Positions 15,370 through 24,973 of a stretch of DNA of 64,000 nucleotides are shown here, in pieces. The DNA is from Minisyncoccota bacterium (lineage in GTDB: Bacteria; Patescibacteriota; Minisyncoccia; Phycocordibacterales; CAJBRS01): the NCBI GenBank assembly GCA_035652395.1, contig DASRDX010000013.1, forward strand, positions 3,255-67,254, written 5' to 3'. Both the position numbers and the translations under genes were made by a program. Each line of letters opens with the position of its first letter. The stretch's first letter is position 1. The notes beneath the pieces were generated by a model. The model was not told the origin of the DNA. It worked only from the letters and a program-made list of their open reading frames with translations, and made no database searches.

Positions 15370-17241
15370 ATGAAATTAACCTATCACGCGGAACGCAATC
15401 GCTTTGAGGCCGTGCTTGCCACGGGCAATGCTTGGCGAGCGGACTATCAGGCAGTCAAGGGTGCTGGTTTTCGGTGGGACGCGAATATAAAGAGCGTGTG
15501 GTTTACCACGGATTACAACGTGGCGGCGAAGATGGCGAAATATGCCGACGCGGCGGCGGCTAAAATTCTTAATGAAATGTCGCAGCGGGCCGCCGAAAGC
15601 CAAAAAGCCAGCCGTGCCACCGACGCGGCCGTTGAAATTCCTTCGCCTAGCGGTCTTAATTATCTTTCTTATCAAAAAGCGGGCATAGCCTACGCCATCC
15701 ATCGGCCACATACGCTCATTGCGGACGAGATGGGACTCGGCAAGACCATTCAAGCCATCGGCATTGCAAACGCCACTGAAGCAAAGCGTGTCCTAGTTGT
15801 TTGTCCCGCTAGTCTCAAACTTAATTGGATGCGTGAATTTACGAAATGGAACACGATTCCCAATCGAACGATTGCGGTCGCTAACGGTGAATTTCCTTCG
15901 GCTGACGTTGTTATAATCAATTACGACATTCTGAGAAAGCACGAATTCGCTATCCGCTCTATCAATTGGGATTTGCTAATTTGCGATGAGTGCCACTATC
16001 TCAAGAACTACAAAGCGGCGCGAACCCGTCAGGTTTTAGGCGGTGGCAAAGGTGGTGACCGCATAGAACCTATACCAGCGAAACGCAAAATTTTTCTGAC
16101 CGGTACCCCGATTGTCAATCGGCCAATCGAACTGTGGCCACTATTAAAATCTCTAGAACCAAACGGACTAGGACGAAATTGGAAGTACTACGTTTCACGT
16201 TATTGCGACGCGCACCATAATGGCTTTGCGTTGGACGTTTCTGGCGCGAGCAATCTAGAGGAATTGCAGCAAAAGCTTCGGTCGTCCATTATGATTCGTC
16301 GGCTGAAAAAGGATGTATTGGCAGACTTGCCTCCGAAGCGCCGTCAAATCATTGTGCTGGCGTCCGATGGTTTGGATGAAATTATCGAGCGTGAGAAAAA
16401 AGCCTACGAAGCTTTCGAACAGGCTGAATTGGAGTCCAAAACGGCGGCTTTCTCCGTATTGGCCAATCTTCGCCATGACACGGCGAAAGCAAAAATCCCG
16501 TTTGTCTTGGAGCACATTGAGCAAACTTTGGACGAGACAGACAAATTGGTGGTGATGTGCCATCATCATGATGTGGTGGACGCGATTGCCCAAAAATTCT
16601 CCGGTCAATGTGTAACGGTAGATGGCCGTACAGCGGCAGAAGATAGACAAATTGCCGTGGACAAATTTCAAAATGACAAGTCTTGCCGTTTGTTCGTCGG
16701 AACCATTAAAGCGGCTGGCGTCGGATTAACCTTGACGGCTGCATCTACCGTAATATTTGCGGAACTGGATTGGGTGCCCGGCAATGTCACACAGGCTGAA
16801 GACAGATTGCATCGCATCGGGCAAACCAACCCTGTATTGGTGCAACATCTTGTTTTGGACAAATCCTTGGACGCCAGAATGGTCGAAATAATCGTAGAGA
16901 AGCAAGCCAACATCGAACAGGCTCTCGATAAAGTAATTCCTTCGGAGCCACAAATTTATTCGTTCGCGCCAACAGAGAATAATGCTGCTCCAAAGCAAGA
17001 TACGCCAAATTTAACGGATGCCCAAATTGATGCTATTCATCGAGCACTCAAAATATTGGCTAATGCGTGTGACGGGGCACATTTGCTTGATGAATGTGGT
17101 TTTAACAAATTGGACAGCGCGTTTGGCAAGTCTTTGGCAAATGCGCCTCGCCTCACGCAAAAGATGGCACATTGTGGACTTAAGCTAGTTCGTAAATATC
17201 ATCGTCAAATACCACAAGATATTTTGTGTGTACTAGCTTGA
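15370..17241 (+). CDS. SNF2-family (SMARCAL1/HARP-like) helicase
   Basis: ADEMGLGKT, VVCPASL, DECH, LTGTP, QAEDRLHRIGQ. Confidence 0.92.
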   Translation: MKLTYHAERNRFEAVLATGNAWRADYQAVKGAGFRWDANIKSVWFTTDYNVAAKMAKYADAAAAKILNEMSQRAAESQKASRATDAAVEIPSPSGLNYLSYQKAGIAYAIHRPHTLIADEMGLGKTIQAIGIANATEAKRVLVVCPASLKLNWMREFTKWNTIPNRTIAVANGEFPSADVVIINYDILRKHEFAIRSINWDLLICDECHYLKNYKAARTRQVLGGGKGGDRIEPIPAKRKIFLTGTPIVNRPIELWPLLKSLEPNGLGRNWKYYVSRYCDAHHNGFALDVSGASNLEELQQKLRSSIMIRRLKKDVLADLPPKRRQIIVLASDGLDEIIEREKKAYEAFEQAELESKTAAFSVLANLRHDTAKAKIPFVLEHIEQTLDETDKLVVMCHHHDVVDAIAQKFSGQCVTVDGRTAAEDRQIAVDKFQNDKSCRLFVGTIKAAGVGLTLTAASTVIFAELDWVPGNVTQAEDRLHRIGQTNPVLVQHLVLDKSLDARMVEIIVEKQANIEQALDKVIPSEPQIYSFAPTENNAAPKQDTPNLTDAQIDAIHRALKILANACDGAHLLDECGFNKLDSAFGKSLANAPRLTQKMAHCGLKLVRKYHRQIPQDILCVLA

Positions 17242-17308
17242 CAAGCGTGGGGCATTGCGCGAAGTTATGTACAATGGCGAATCCACACAGGAGATTATAT
17301 AACACGAA

Positions 17309-17521
17309 ATGGCTAAAACGGAAACCGCCTTGAAAATTGCATTCGATTCCAATCCGAATGGCTGGACACTACAATCTTTTGTTAATGCTGTACGAGAGGG
17401 TTACAAACTTATTTATAAGAATCGGCTGAAATTTGGAGTGTGGGGGCATTCTATCGCAGATTTGGCATTAGAAGGTTTCCGCAGGAGAGGCAATAAATTT
17501 TTTCTTTTTGTAGGGTCGTAA
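17309..17521 (+). CDS. Small hypothetical protein
   Basis: 70 aa ORF in the plus-strand operon. Confidence 0.4.
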   Translation: MAKTETALKIAFDSNPNGWTLQSFVNAVREGYKLIYKNRLKFGVWGHSIADLALEGFRRRGNKFFLFVGS

Positions 17522-17561
17522 AAGAGCCGAACAGGTTGGAAAAAGGCAAAGAGGTTTGACA

Positions 17562-17861
17562 ATGAGCGCAGATAACGGAATTTATATCGGGTGTTTTGCT
17601 GACGGTGAAATTCGAGTGATTCATGCTCAGGCAATCGAGAACCTTTGGTATCCTGACGGAGAGAATCCGAAGTATATAGTGGATTACTTTAGGCACGCGC
17701 CTGTTTTCCATAATATCGGAAAAGCCCGTCAAAAAGCTTTTGAGATGGAACAAGAGATTTTGTCGGATGATTTTTGCCCCGTCCTTGAGTACGGTATTAG
17801 TACTTTGAGATTTTCAAAATCTTTTGCGGAATACGCTAGATTGGAGCGCGAGGCGCGGTAA
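17562..17861 (+). CDS. Hypothetical phage protein
   Basis: MSADNGIYI...LEYGI pattern, GAGG RBS. Confidence 0.65.
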   Translation: MSADNGIYIGCFADGEIRVIHAQAIENLWYPDGENPKYIVDYFRHAPVFHNIGKARQKAFEMEQEILSDDFCPVLEYGISTLRFSKSFAEYARLEREAR

Positions 17862-17994
17862 TTTCGGAAAGGGCCTAAAAATCAGTACTAAAGTACTATT
17901 GATTTTAATCGAGAATCGGTTTATTCTTGTTTCACCACGCAGGGAAGCGGAAAAACATTGAAAGAGCCGAACAGGCTGGAAAGGAAGTTAAAAA

Positions 17995-18798
17995 ATGATT
18001 AGAAACGGCAACCGCAATTACACCCCACTGACCGACGAACAGATACAGGTATTCGCTCCGAGTGCTTTTGCTGGGCAAGCTTGGCGGGAGCGTAGTGAGC
18101 GGTATGCATTTATTCCCACTTCCGAAGTGATTGACGCGATGCGAAATAACGGGTTTTATCCTATTCAAGCCAGCCAATCTAATTCTCGCATCGAAGAAAA
18201 GCATTTTTTCACAAAACATATGATACGTTTCCAATCCCAAGCCGGCGATATGACAAAGGTCGGTGATTCCAAGTTAGAGTTGGTTTTGGTCAATTCCCAT
18301 GACGGTACTTCAGCGTATAAGCTTATGCTTGGGGTATTTCGTCTAGTTTGTTCTAATGGAATGATTGTAAGTGATGGTATGGCGGAATCAATCCATGTTC
18401 GTCACATGGGGAATATCGTCCAAGATGTTTTGACGGGAAGCTTTGAGTTGATTAAGCGTGCTCCTATAGTTGAATCGGCAATTGCGGCATGGCGGCAAAT
18501 TACATTGACTGAAGCAGAACAGCAATCCTTTGCCGAACAAGCCTTGACACTTCGTTATCCCGAAGGTTCGCCTATTACAGCGGAAAAAGCCCTTCGCGTT
18601 CGCCGTTATGACGACAACGGCAGCGACCTGTGGCATGTGTTTAATCGTGTGCAAGAGGCGGTCGTTCGTGGCGGAGACCGTTACTATAATAATGGCCGAC
18701 GCAATAAAACAAGAGAAGTTCGCGGCATAGACCAAAATATCAACCTTAACAGGTCCCTTTGGTCCTTGGCTGAGCAAGTAGCCATATCGAAAATGTAA
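17995..18798 (+). CDS. DUF932-family protein
   Basis: APSAFA...SERYAFIPT...NSHDGTS...RLVCSNG...LWHVFNRVQE...NRSLW. Confidence 0.88.
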   Translation: MIRNGNRNYTPLTDEQIQVFAPSAFAGQAWRERSERYAFIPTSEVIDAMRNNGFYPIQASQSNSRIEEKHFFTKHMIRFQSQAGDMTKVGDSKLELVLVNSHDGTSAYKLMLGVFRLVCSNGMIVSDGMAESIHVRHMGNIVQDVLTGSFELIKRAPIVESAIAAWRQITLTEAEQQSFAEQALTLRYPEGSPITAEKALRVRRYDDNGSDLWHVFNRVQEAVVRGGDRYYNNGRRNKTREVRGIDQNINLNRSLWSLAEQVAISKM

Positions 18799-18859
18799 CT
18801 CTCTTCTCACGGCAGGCGCTAGCCGAGAATAGTGCCAAAAAATTTTAGGAATAAAAAAT

Positions 18860-19057
18860 ATGAATAACGGAACTTTTTGTGGTCTTTTAACCTTATTGTT
18901 TATTGCGCTTAAAATTCTTGGGTACATTCATTGGAGTTGGTGGTGGGTGCTCTCCCCATTGTGGATTCCGTTGGTGCTTTTCGTTGTGGTTACGGTTATA
19001 ACACTCGTCTTTATGGGCGTAAGTGTCTCTAAATTACACAAATGGATGAAAAAATGA
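18860..19057 (+). CDS. Small membrane protein
   Basis: LKILGYIHWSWWWVLSPLW two-TM motif. Confidence 0.75.
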   Translation: MNNGTFCGLLTLLFIALKILGYIHWSWWWVLSPLWIPLVLFVVVTVITLVFMGVSVSKLHKWMKK

Positions 19058-19491
19058 AGATTACAATCAAATCCCAAACAGGCGAAGTGCTCTATACATG
19101 CGAAGCTGAAAGTGTACGGGATGCAGTAGAAGACGCGATTAAGGCGGGTGTGAAATTTGCTAATGCAAATTTTAGGGGCGCAAACTTCAGGGGTGCGGAC
19201 CTTAGCGGCGCACACTTCAAGGGTGCGGACTTCAGGAACGCAAATCTTAGGGGCACAAACTTCAGGGGTGCGGACCTTAGAGACGCGGACATCAGAGGCG
19301 CAAACCTTATCGGCGCAAACCTTAGCGATGCAAATCTCAGAGATGCGGACCTCAGTGACTCGAATCTCATTGGCGCAAACCTTATTGGCGCAAATCTTAG
19401 CGGTGTATATTTCAGGTTTGCGAACCTCAGTGGTGCAAATCTCAGTGACGCAGACCTTAGCGACGCAGACTTCAGCGGCGCAGACTTTTAG
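19054..19491 (+). CDS. Pentapeptide repeat protein
   Basis: A(D/N)LxG repeats. Confidence 0.9.
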   Translation: MKITIKSQTGEVLYTCEAESVRDAVEDAIKAGVKFANANFRGANFRGADLSGAHFKGADFRNANLRGTNFRGADLRDADIRGANLIGANLSDANLRDADLSDSNLIGANLIGANLSGVYFRFANLSGANLSDADLSDADFSGADF

Positions 19492-19518
19492 GCGCATATT
19501 TTTTGAAAGAGACGAAAA

Positions 19519-19824
19519 ATGAAGATTACAATTAAATCTCAAACGGGTGAAGTGCTCTATACATGCAAAGCTGAGAATATACGGGACGCAGTAGAGACCG
19601 CCATTAAGGCGGGTGTGAAATTAGTTAATGCAAACCTTAGAGGCACACATTTAAATGGTGCGGACCTAAGCGGTGCAAATCTTAGAGGCGTAAATCTCAG
19701 CGGCACATATCTCAGTGGGGCAATCGTCGAAATTGTTCCGCGCATTTCCGTGTTGGAATTAATCATCCACGGTAAGCGGATTGGAGAAGGGCAGATTGCA
19801 TCGGCTTTAAAGCAATTGCGTTAA
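19519..19824 (+). CDS. Pentapeptide repeat protein (paralog of the upstream gene)
   Basis: Same N-terminus MKITIKSQTGEVLYTC, fewer repeats. Confidence 0.85.
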   Translation: MKITIKSQTGEVLYTCKAENIRDAVETAIKAGVKLVNANLRGTHLNGADLSGANLRGVNLSGTYLSGAIVEIVPRISVLELIIHGKRIGEGQIASALKQLR

Positions 19825-20055
19825 GGAAAGGCGGATGGTAAAAATGCGTTCAAGAAACATGAAAAGTCTGATTGGTATGGCGAAGCTTATTCGGGCCGAA
19901 AGGATGCGATTTGAGAGCGAGTATCGGGAAAGATTGCGGCAAATTCGTGAGCGGCAGATAGCCGCCGAACTTCGAGAAGAGGGAGACGATTGCACGGCAA
20001 GCGTAAGTGAAATGACACGCGAATTTATTGAAGCGGACCATTTTGGGAGAGACCA

Positions 20056-20316
20056 TTGATTACTTCTGAAAGAGTACAAGAATGGTTAGAGGAGTACGGC
20101 GAAGTTGATTTGCTAAACGAAGCAGCTTGCCGTTCTTTGGCCGAAAAATTGGCCAAACGCATTAACAGCGAGATTTTGCATCTTGAGAATGATAATAAGA
20201 AAAAACACATTCAAGAGAGCGGACCTAGGTGTAAAAATTGTGGGGCATTTACAACCTATATGCGTGTTTATACACACGGGTTGTGTATGCGATGTGAAAA
20301 TTTCAAAGGAAAGTAG
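20056..20316 (+). CDS. Hypothetical Zn-finger protein
   Basis: CKNC...CMRC. Confidence 0.5.
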   Translation: MITSERVQEWLEEYGEVDLLNEAACRSLAEKLAKRINSEILHLENDNKKKHIQESGPRCKNCGAFTTYMRVYTHGLCMRCENFKGK

Positions 20317-20400
20317 GTATTGGTTTTGGGAGGAAAAGTACTATTAAAAAATGAAACTAAAGTACTATTGTATTTAATCCTAGATTGGTGTACTATGGTT

Positions 20401-20491
20401 TTAATAAGTGGTATCAACCCGCTAGACCTCGTACGAGTCATAAGTGCGGGATATGATGGCCGGAAGCGGAAGGCCCAAGACCGCTTATTAA
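20401..20491 (+). ncRNA. Candidate structured small RNA (cassette 1)
   Basis: Closing stem TTAATAAGTGGT/ACCGCTTATTAA, inner CCCGC/GCGGG and GGCC-GGAAGCGGAA-GGCC arms, directly after -10 TACTAT. Confidence 0.55.
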
Positions 20492-20654
20492 GTGGGGCGG
20501 GGTAGATGCCCGCCCTACTTAAAATGGGAAAAATGTAAAAGTCTGATTGGGTATGCGTATTTATTGTGTATATGCGATGGGATGAAAAGTACTATTAAAA
20601 AATGAAACTAAAGTACTATTGTATTTAATTCGAGATTGATATATTATGGTTTTT

Positions 20655-20759
20655 GAGAACGACACCTTTACCGAAATTCAAAGGGGTTTTCGGACGCTAC
20701 TTAAAAGTACCGAAACGCGGGCGTAGCGTTGGATGCGGGTTCGACTCCCGCCGTTCTTA
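20655..20759 (+). ncRNA. tRNA-like small RNA (acceptor stem + T-arm, no canonical D or anticodon arm, no CCA)
   Basis: GAGAACG/CGTTCTT acceptor; GCGGG-TTCGACT-CCCGC T-arm; starts 7 nt after -10 TATTAT. Confidence 0.65.
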
Positions 20760-20839
20760 AAAAATTTTTGCTGTGACGCGTTTTAGTAGGGTGGGGACGC
20801 TCACCCTACTTAAAATGGGAAAAATATAAAAGAGGTGAA

Positions 20840-21085
20840 ATGAAAACTCAATATAGCGTATCAGAAGAAGTTAGAGCCGCCGTGGAACATTTAATTCAAG
20901 TAGGCGTTAAGCACAAAATGCTAGTGGCAGGTTTTGTTTTTTCGGCTAATCCGCCGTCCATCATAAACTTTGGTAATTGTACAGATTACAGTAAGGCGAG
21001 CCTATATAATTCACTTTGCGAATTGGCGGAACGCCAACGCAATTCCGGCCATTTTTGTACGGAAACGGTTGGTGTGGTACAATAA
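20840..21085 (+). CDS. Hypothetical protein
   Basis: GAGGTG RBS. Confidence 0.6.
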   Translation: MKTQYSVSEEVRAAVEHLIQVGVKHKMLVAGFVFSANPPSIINFGNCTDYSKASLYNSLCELAERQRNSGHFCTETVGVVQ

Positions 21086-21116
21086 GTTTGTAAAAAATGA
21101 AGGGAGATAAAAGAAA

Positions 21117-21822
21117 ATGTTGAATAAGCATAATTTGAATGTGGCTAAGTTCATATGCAAAGATTCTTCTAGATATAATCTTAGTGCAATTTATGTGAAG
21201 CCCGAAGCTACGGTAGCCACCAATGGGCATTATTTGGTGTGGTGTTCGTCCGATTCTGTTTCGAGCAAGCATTTTCCTGTTGTTCCGAATTTTGCTGGTG
21301 CACAGGATACTTTCAAGCCTTTTTTGCTCGACGCGGCAAAAGCCAATGAGATTGCCAAGGCTGTTCCGAAGAAGTCAAAGATTGAGAATGTCGCGGTTAA
21401 CGTGGAACAAAACGAATTAGGAGAGACGCAAGCAACATTTGCTGTAACCGATTTAGAGAGTCCTCAAGTGTTTTCGGCTAAGTCTGAATCAGGCCAATTT
21501 CCAAATTATGATACGGTTGTGCCGAAGTGGGAAAACGCAAAATTTCGCATTGCGTTAAATGCGGCGTATCTTGCTAAAATTGCGAAGGCTTTCGAACAGT
21601 TTTCTGAAAAGCCGTCAAATTTAGTTGTGTTGTCATTCTATGGAAGCGACGAAGCAATGCGCTTTGACGGTACGCGGAACGGGCAAGGTATGACGGCTGT
21701 ATTTGATGCCCATCCGTGGGGCCGACGACCAACCCGGAACATACGGTTGGGCCGAAAGAGAGGAGCAACGGAAAGCCGAGGCACAAAGAAAAAAGCCTAA
21801 TAATAAGGCAAATAAAGAGTAA
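21117..21822 (+). CDS. DNA polymerase III beta-clamp-like protein (apparent frameshift near 21702)
   Basis: SRYNLSAIY, VATNGHYL, GQFPNYDTVVP, NAAYL; removing one T restores VLMPIR. Confidence 0.7.
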
Positions 21823-21903
21823 AAATGGCCCCAATTATTTTAATTTTTTGCTTGCTTTTTCTGATTCCTTTGAGTAGAATATTGGAAGTTTTAGGGAGGC
21901 GAA

Positions 21904-22299
21904 ATGACAGAATACGAAAACGTTAAATGCCAATTGCAATTTAAGGGCTGCAAAGGCCCGGCGGGATATTTACGTCGCAGGCAGTTTGCTCAATCGGGAC
22001 CTTGGTTGGATGCTTGCGAAAATTGTGCGCGGGTGCCATATGAAGTGCCGAAGCAGTTTCAGCAAACCGAGCCTACGGCGGAGCCTAATACGGCAGAGCC
22101 TAATACGGCAGAGCCTAACACGGCAGAGCCTAACACGGCAGAGCCTAACACTACAGAGCCTAACACGGCGGAGCCTAATACTAGTCCTACTTCTAAACTT
22201 ATCCAATGTTCTGTGGAGGGGTGCAAAAATCAGTTTCCGCGCAGTCGGGGCAGGTATCCTCAAAAATTTTGTCTCGAACATAGGAGTATGCCGCGATGA
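21904..22299 (+). CDS. Cys-rich protein with TAEPN tandem repeats
   Basis: GGAGG RBS; Cys clusters flanking the repeat. Confidence 0.65.
   Translation: MTEYENVKCQLQFKGCKGPAGYLRRRQFAQSGPWLDACENCARVPYEVPKQFQQTEPTAEPNTAEPNTAEPNTAEPNTAEPNTTEPNTAEPNTSPTSKLIQCSVEGCKNQFPRSRGRYPQKFCLEHRSMPR
22081..22182 (+). repeat. 15-bp tandem repeat (about 7 copies) encoding EPNTA
   Basis: GAGCCTAA(T/C)ACGGCA units. Confidence 0.9.
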
Positions 22300-22529
22300 A
22301 ATTTCGTTTGATAGATGTGCACAACGCTCGAATTATCGGGCGCGCTCAAACGAAAATTAAAGAGCCGCAACCTCTAAGTGTGCCGCCGTCGGGTTTGACC
22401 GACCTTGTTATTAACGGCGAAAAATGTACTCACGGAGTTTACATTCCAGAAAATTCGAAATTTCCGCGCGGCATTGCACCTTATTGTTCGATTTGCAGAC
22501 CGTTTGAAATTATCTCTAAAGAGCGTTGA
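22296..22529 (+). CDS. Small hypothetical protein
   Basis: CTHGVY...YCSIC; overlaps the upstream stop. Confidence 0.55.
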   Translation: MKFRLIDVHNARIIGRAQTKIKEPQPLSVPPSGLTDLVINGEKCTHGVYIPENSKFPRGIAPYCSICRPFEIISKER

Positions 22530-23672
22530 AAATTCTTAACCGAGGGAGAGAGGGAGGACGTGCCAACATACGAACAAACATACGAACGGTACAAGGCATT
22601 CAAATACTTTACTGTTGGTGTGTTTGGATATAATAATAAACGACCTGATAAAGTAATAATTGAAGATATTGATTATTATATAAGTTGCGACAAGCGGCCT
22701 AAGGCTGCGGCAAAGGAATTGAGACGTATTGCAGATTGGTTGGATACTCTATGAAAAATAATGTTGATGACGGGTTGGAAATTAAAGTTATAAATTTTTT
22801 TCGGCTATTTCCTGACGGAGCGTCCAAAGAAGAATTGGATGCCTTACGACGTATTACTGATTATGCCGTGGAACAGGACAGGAAAGGACGAGATGATTAC
22901 AATCTTGGAAAAAATACTTTCAAGACTGTTTCCTCCTAAATTGGGCGCTATTTTACATTATAGAGATGTTCAAAGAAGTCTAGATTTTCAGACACGATGT
23001 GCTAGACATGGAAACGGTATTGTTTATTCGTCCATTGGAAATATTAAAGAGTACCCAAAGGTTGAACCGACGACGCCAAAAGAAAGAAGGTTGTATGCGA
23101 TTTATTCTGATAGATGCCAAAAAGCTACTAAAGTTATATAGCTCGAAATGTACGGGCTTGCGGTGATGCGGTGAATTTCCCATTCTCCACGCAACACTGC
23201 ATAGCACCGTCCGTTGTGATGGGAGCAGGTGGTCATTGTAAGTCACGGCTCGTTTCGTTTCCCGCCAAGGACACGCTAAAGGAAGCAAAGAAACACGAAC
23301 GTCCAAAAGCACAAGGCAGTTTGTGGTTTACTGCTAGAAAACTTAAAATAGAACGAATATTAGTCGGCCTTATAGGTGTAATGATTTGTTCGCTTGCGAT
23401 GGCGGAGGCCAAGCCAATTCAAAAAATGCCCGATGCAAAGCGAAGAAATGAAATAAGGCAAGCTCTTATAAGCAAGGGCTACGACCCCTGAAAAGATTGG
23501 AAAGATACATTAATCGTGCTGCGACGAATTGCTGAAGAACACCATTGGCAGCATCATTACGTGCCCGATGCGCGTGTTTTGATTCTCTTGGGTTTGGGAA
23601 ACGAACATTCGGATTCAAGCATATTAAATGAACCGCTTTCTCGTTTGGAGAAACCAAATTAAGGAGAATGTG

Positions 23673-24371
23673 ATGACGCTCTACAAAGTTCTGAATGAGG
23701 ACGGAACTCCGTTTTGGGGTGGCAGAGGCAGGTGGCATCTGCCTAGTGGCAAACGAAAGGGCAAATGGATGCCGCCCATCAAGCGTCTTTTGCCGTGCAG
23801 GCGTGGGTATCACGTTCTGAAGCCGGAGCAACTAATTGAGTGGCTTGGTCCTGCCATCTTTGAGGCGGAAGTACGAGGCAAGCAAATTTGGAGGGACGAC
23901 AAAGGTGTGGTGGAACAGGCTAGATTGGTCCGTAAGCTAAAATGGGACGAACAGATAGCGAGACTTTTCGCATGCGATTGCGCCGAATCGGTTGTACACT
24001 TAGTTAAAGATGAGCGCAGCATTAACGCAATTCGCGTATCACGTAGATTTGCGTTCGGTTTGGCTAGCGAAGAAGAATTGGCGGCGTCTCACGAAGGGGC
24101 GTGGAAGGCAGCGTGTGGTGCGGCGGGGGCGGCATGGGAGGCAGCGCGGTTGGCGGGGGAGGCGTGCGCGTCGGCATGGGCAGCGTGGTCGGCGGCGCGC
24201 GCCGCCAGAGAGGCGGCGCATGCCGCAAGGACGGCGTTGCCGTTGGGGGATGCGATGTTGGCGGCATCCCGCGCCGCATCGGCGGCGTTGGTGGATGCAC
24301 AAACAAAGCGTTTATTTCAGTATCTGAATGGCGAAGTGGACTTGAAAGAAATTCGTAGGAGTGTGGCATGA
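23673..24371 (+). CDS. Hypothetical phage protein with Ala-rich AAW/AAR repeats
   Basis: AAGGAG RBS; CRRGYH, ARLFACDCAE and a GC-rich Ala-repeat segment. Confidence 0.7.
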   Translation: MTLYKVLNEDGTPFWGGRGRWHLPSGKRKGKWMPPIKRLLPCRRGYHVLKPEQLIEWLGPAIFEAEVRGKQIWRDDKGVVEQARLVRKLKWDEQIARLFACDCAESVVHLVKDERSINAIRVSRRFAFGLASEEELAASHEGAWKAACGAAGAAWEAARLAGEACASAWAAWSAARAAREAAHAARTALPLGDAMLAASRAASAALVDAQTKRLFQYLNGEVDLKEIRRSVA

Positions 24372-24586
24372 GGGATGGTGCGGCGTAGGTTGCCCAAATC
24401 GAGAGAGCACACAAAAAGAAAATGGGTTCGACATTTGAAAAGATTATGCGTTTTCTATTACAAAGCTGGCAGATGATAATGAGAGGGTTAGTCTATGTCC
24501 TGTACATTCTTGGAAGTCTTTGCTTTCTTGCAGGAAGCATTATTAGTCTTGTCAAAAATGTTAAAAGAAATTGAGAGAGCATCCGA

Positions 24587-24973
24587 ATGACTAAACCTAA
24601 GAAACGAGCCGACCAATTACAAGCAAAAGATAGAAGACTGAAAAGAAAATATGGAATTACTCTCGATGAAATGATAAAAATTTACAAATATCAAAAAGGT
24701 TTGTGTGCCATTTGTAAAAAACCATTAAGAGCCGTAATTCCAAGCTCTAAATCAGAAAATGGGTTGAGAATCGAAATAGACCATGACCACCGAAAAAAAT
24801 CGAAAGAGGCAGTGAGAGGATTGCTTTGCGGCGGAAGGTGGGCAGGCTGTAACAGGAAATTAGGGCGCATTGACCGACCTGATTGGCTCAGAGCGGTCAT
24901 TGCTTACTTAGAGAATCCGCCTGCACAAGCAGTATTAAATAGCGAGGCCAACGGAGATAAAAATGAAATTTGA
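24587..24973 (+). CDS. Recombination endonuclease VII family protein
   Basis: KYGIT...QKGLCAIC...IDHDH...VRGLLC...CN..LG. Confidence 0.88.
   Translation: MTKPKKRADQLQAKDRRLKRKYGITLDEMIKIYKYQKGLCAICKKPLRAVIPSSKSENGLRIEIDHDHRKKSKEAVRGLLCGGRWAGCNRKLGRIDRPDWLRAVIAYLENPPAQAVLNSEANGDKNEI

Noticed and set aside
18928-19542. Antisense and alternative-frame ORFs over the pentapeptide genes
   Set aside because: Repeat periodicity keeps other frames open
20655-20759. tmRNA
   Set aside because: Too short, with no G3-U70, no tag ORF and no CCA; kept only as a tRNA mimic
21695-21710. Programmed frameshifting in the beta-clamp-like gene (also DHH at about 45010, SWIM at about 60030 and 61240-61770)
   Set aside because: Several unrelated genes show single-base indels, some in homopolymers, with no clear stimulatory structure. 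Assembly error is simpler; read mapping would settle it
22081-22182. CRISPR or iteron array
   Set aside because: Spacer-less in-frame coding tandem repeat
24010-24414. Multiple overlapping ORFs in a GC-rich patch
   Set aside because: By-product of Ala-rich GCG repeats in the 23673-24371 gene
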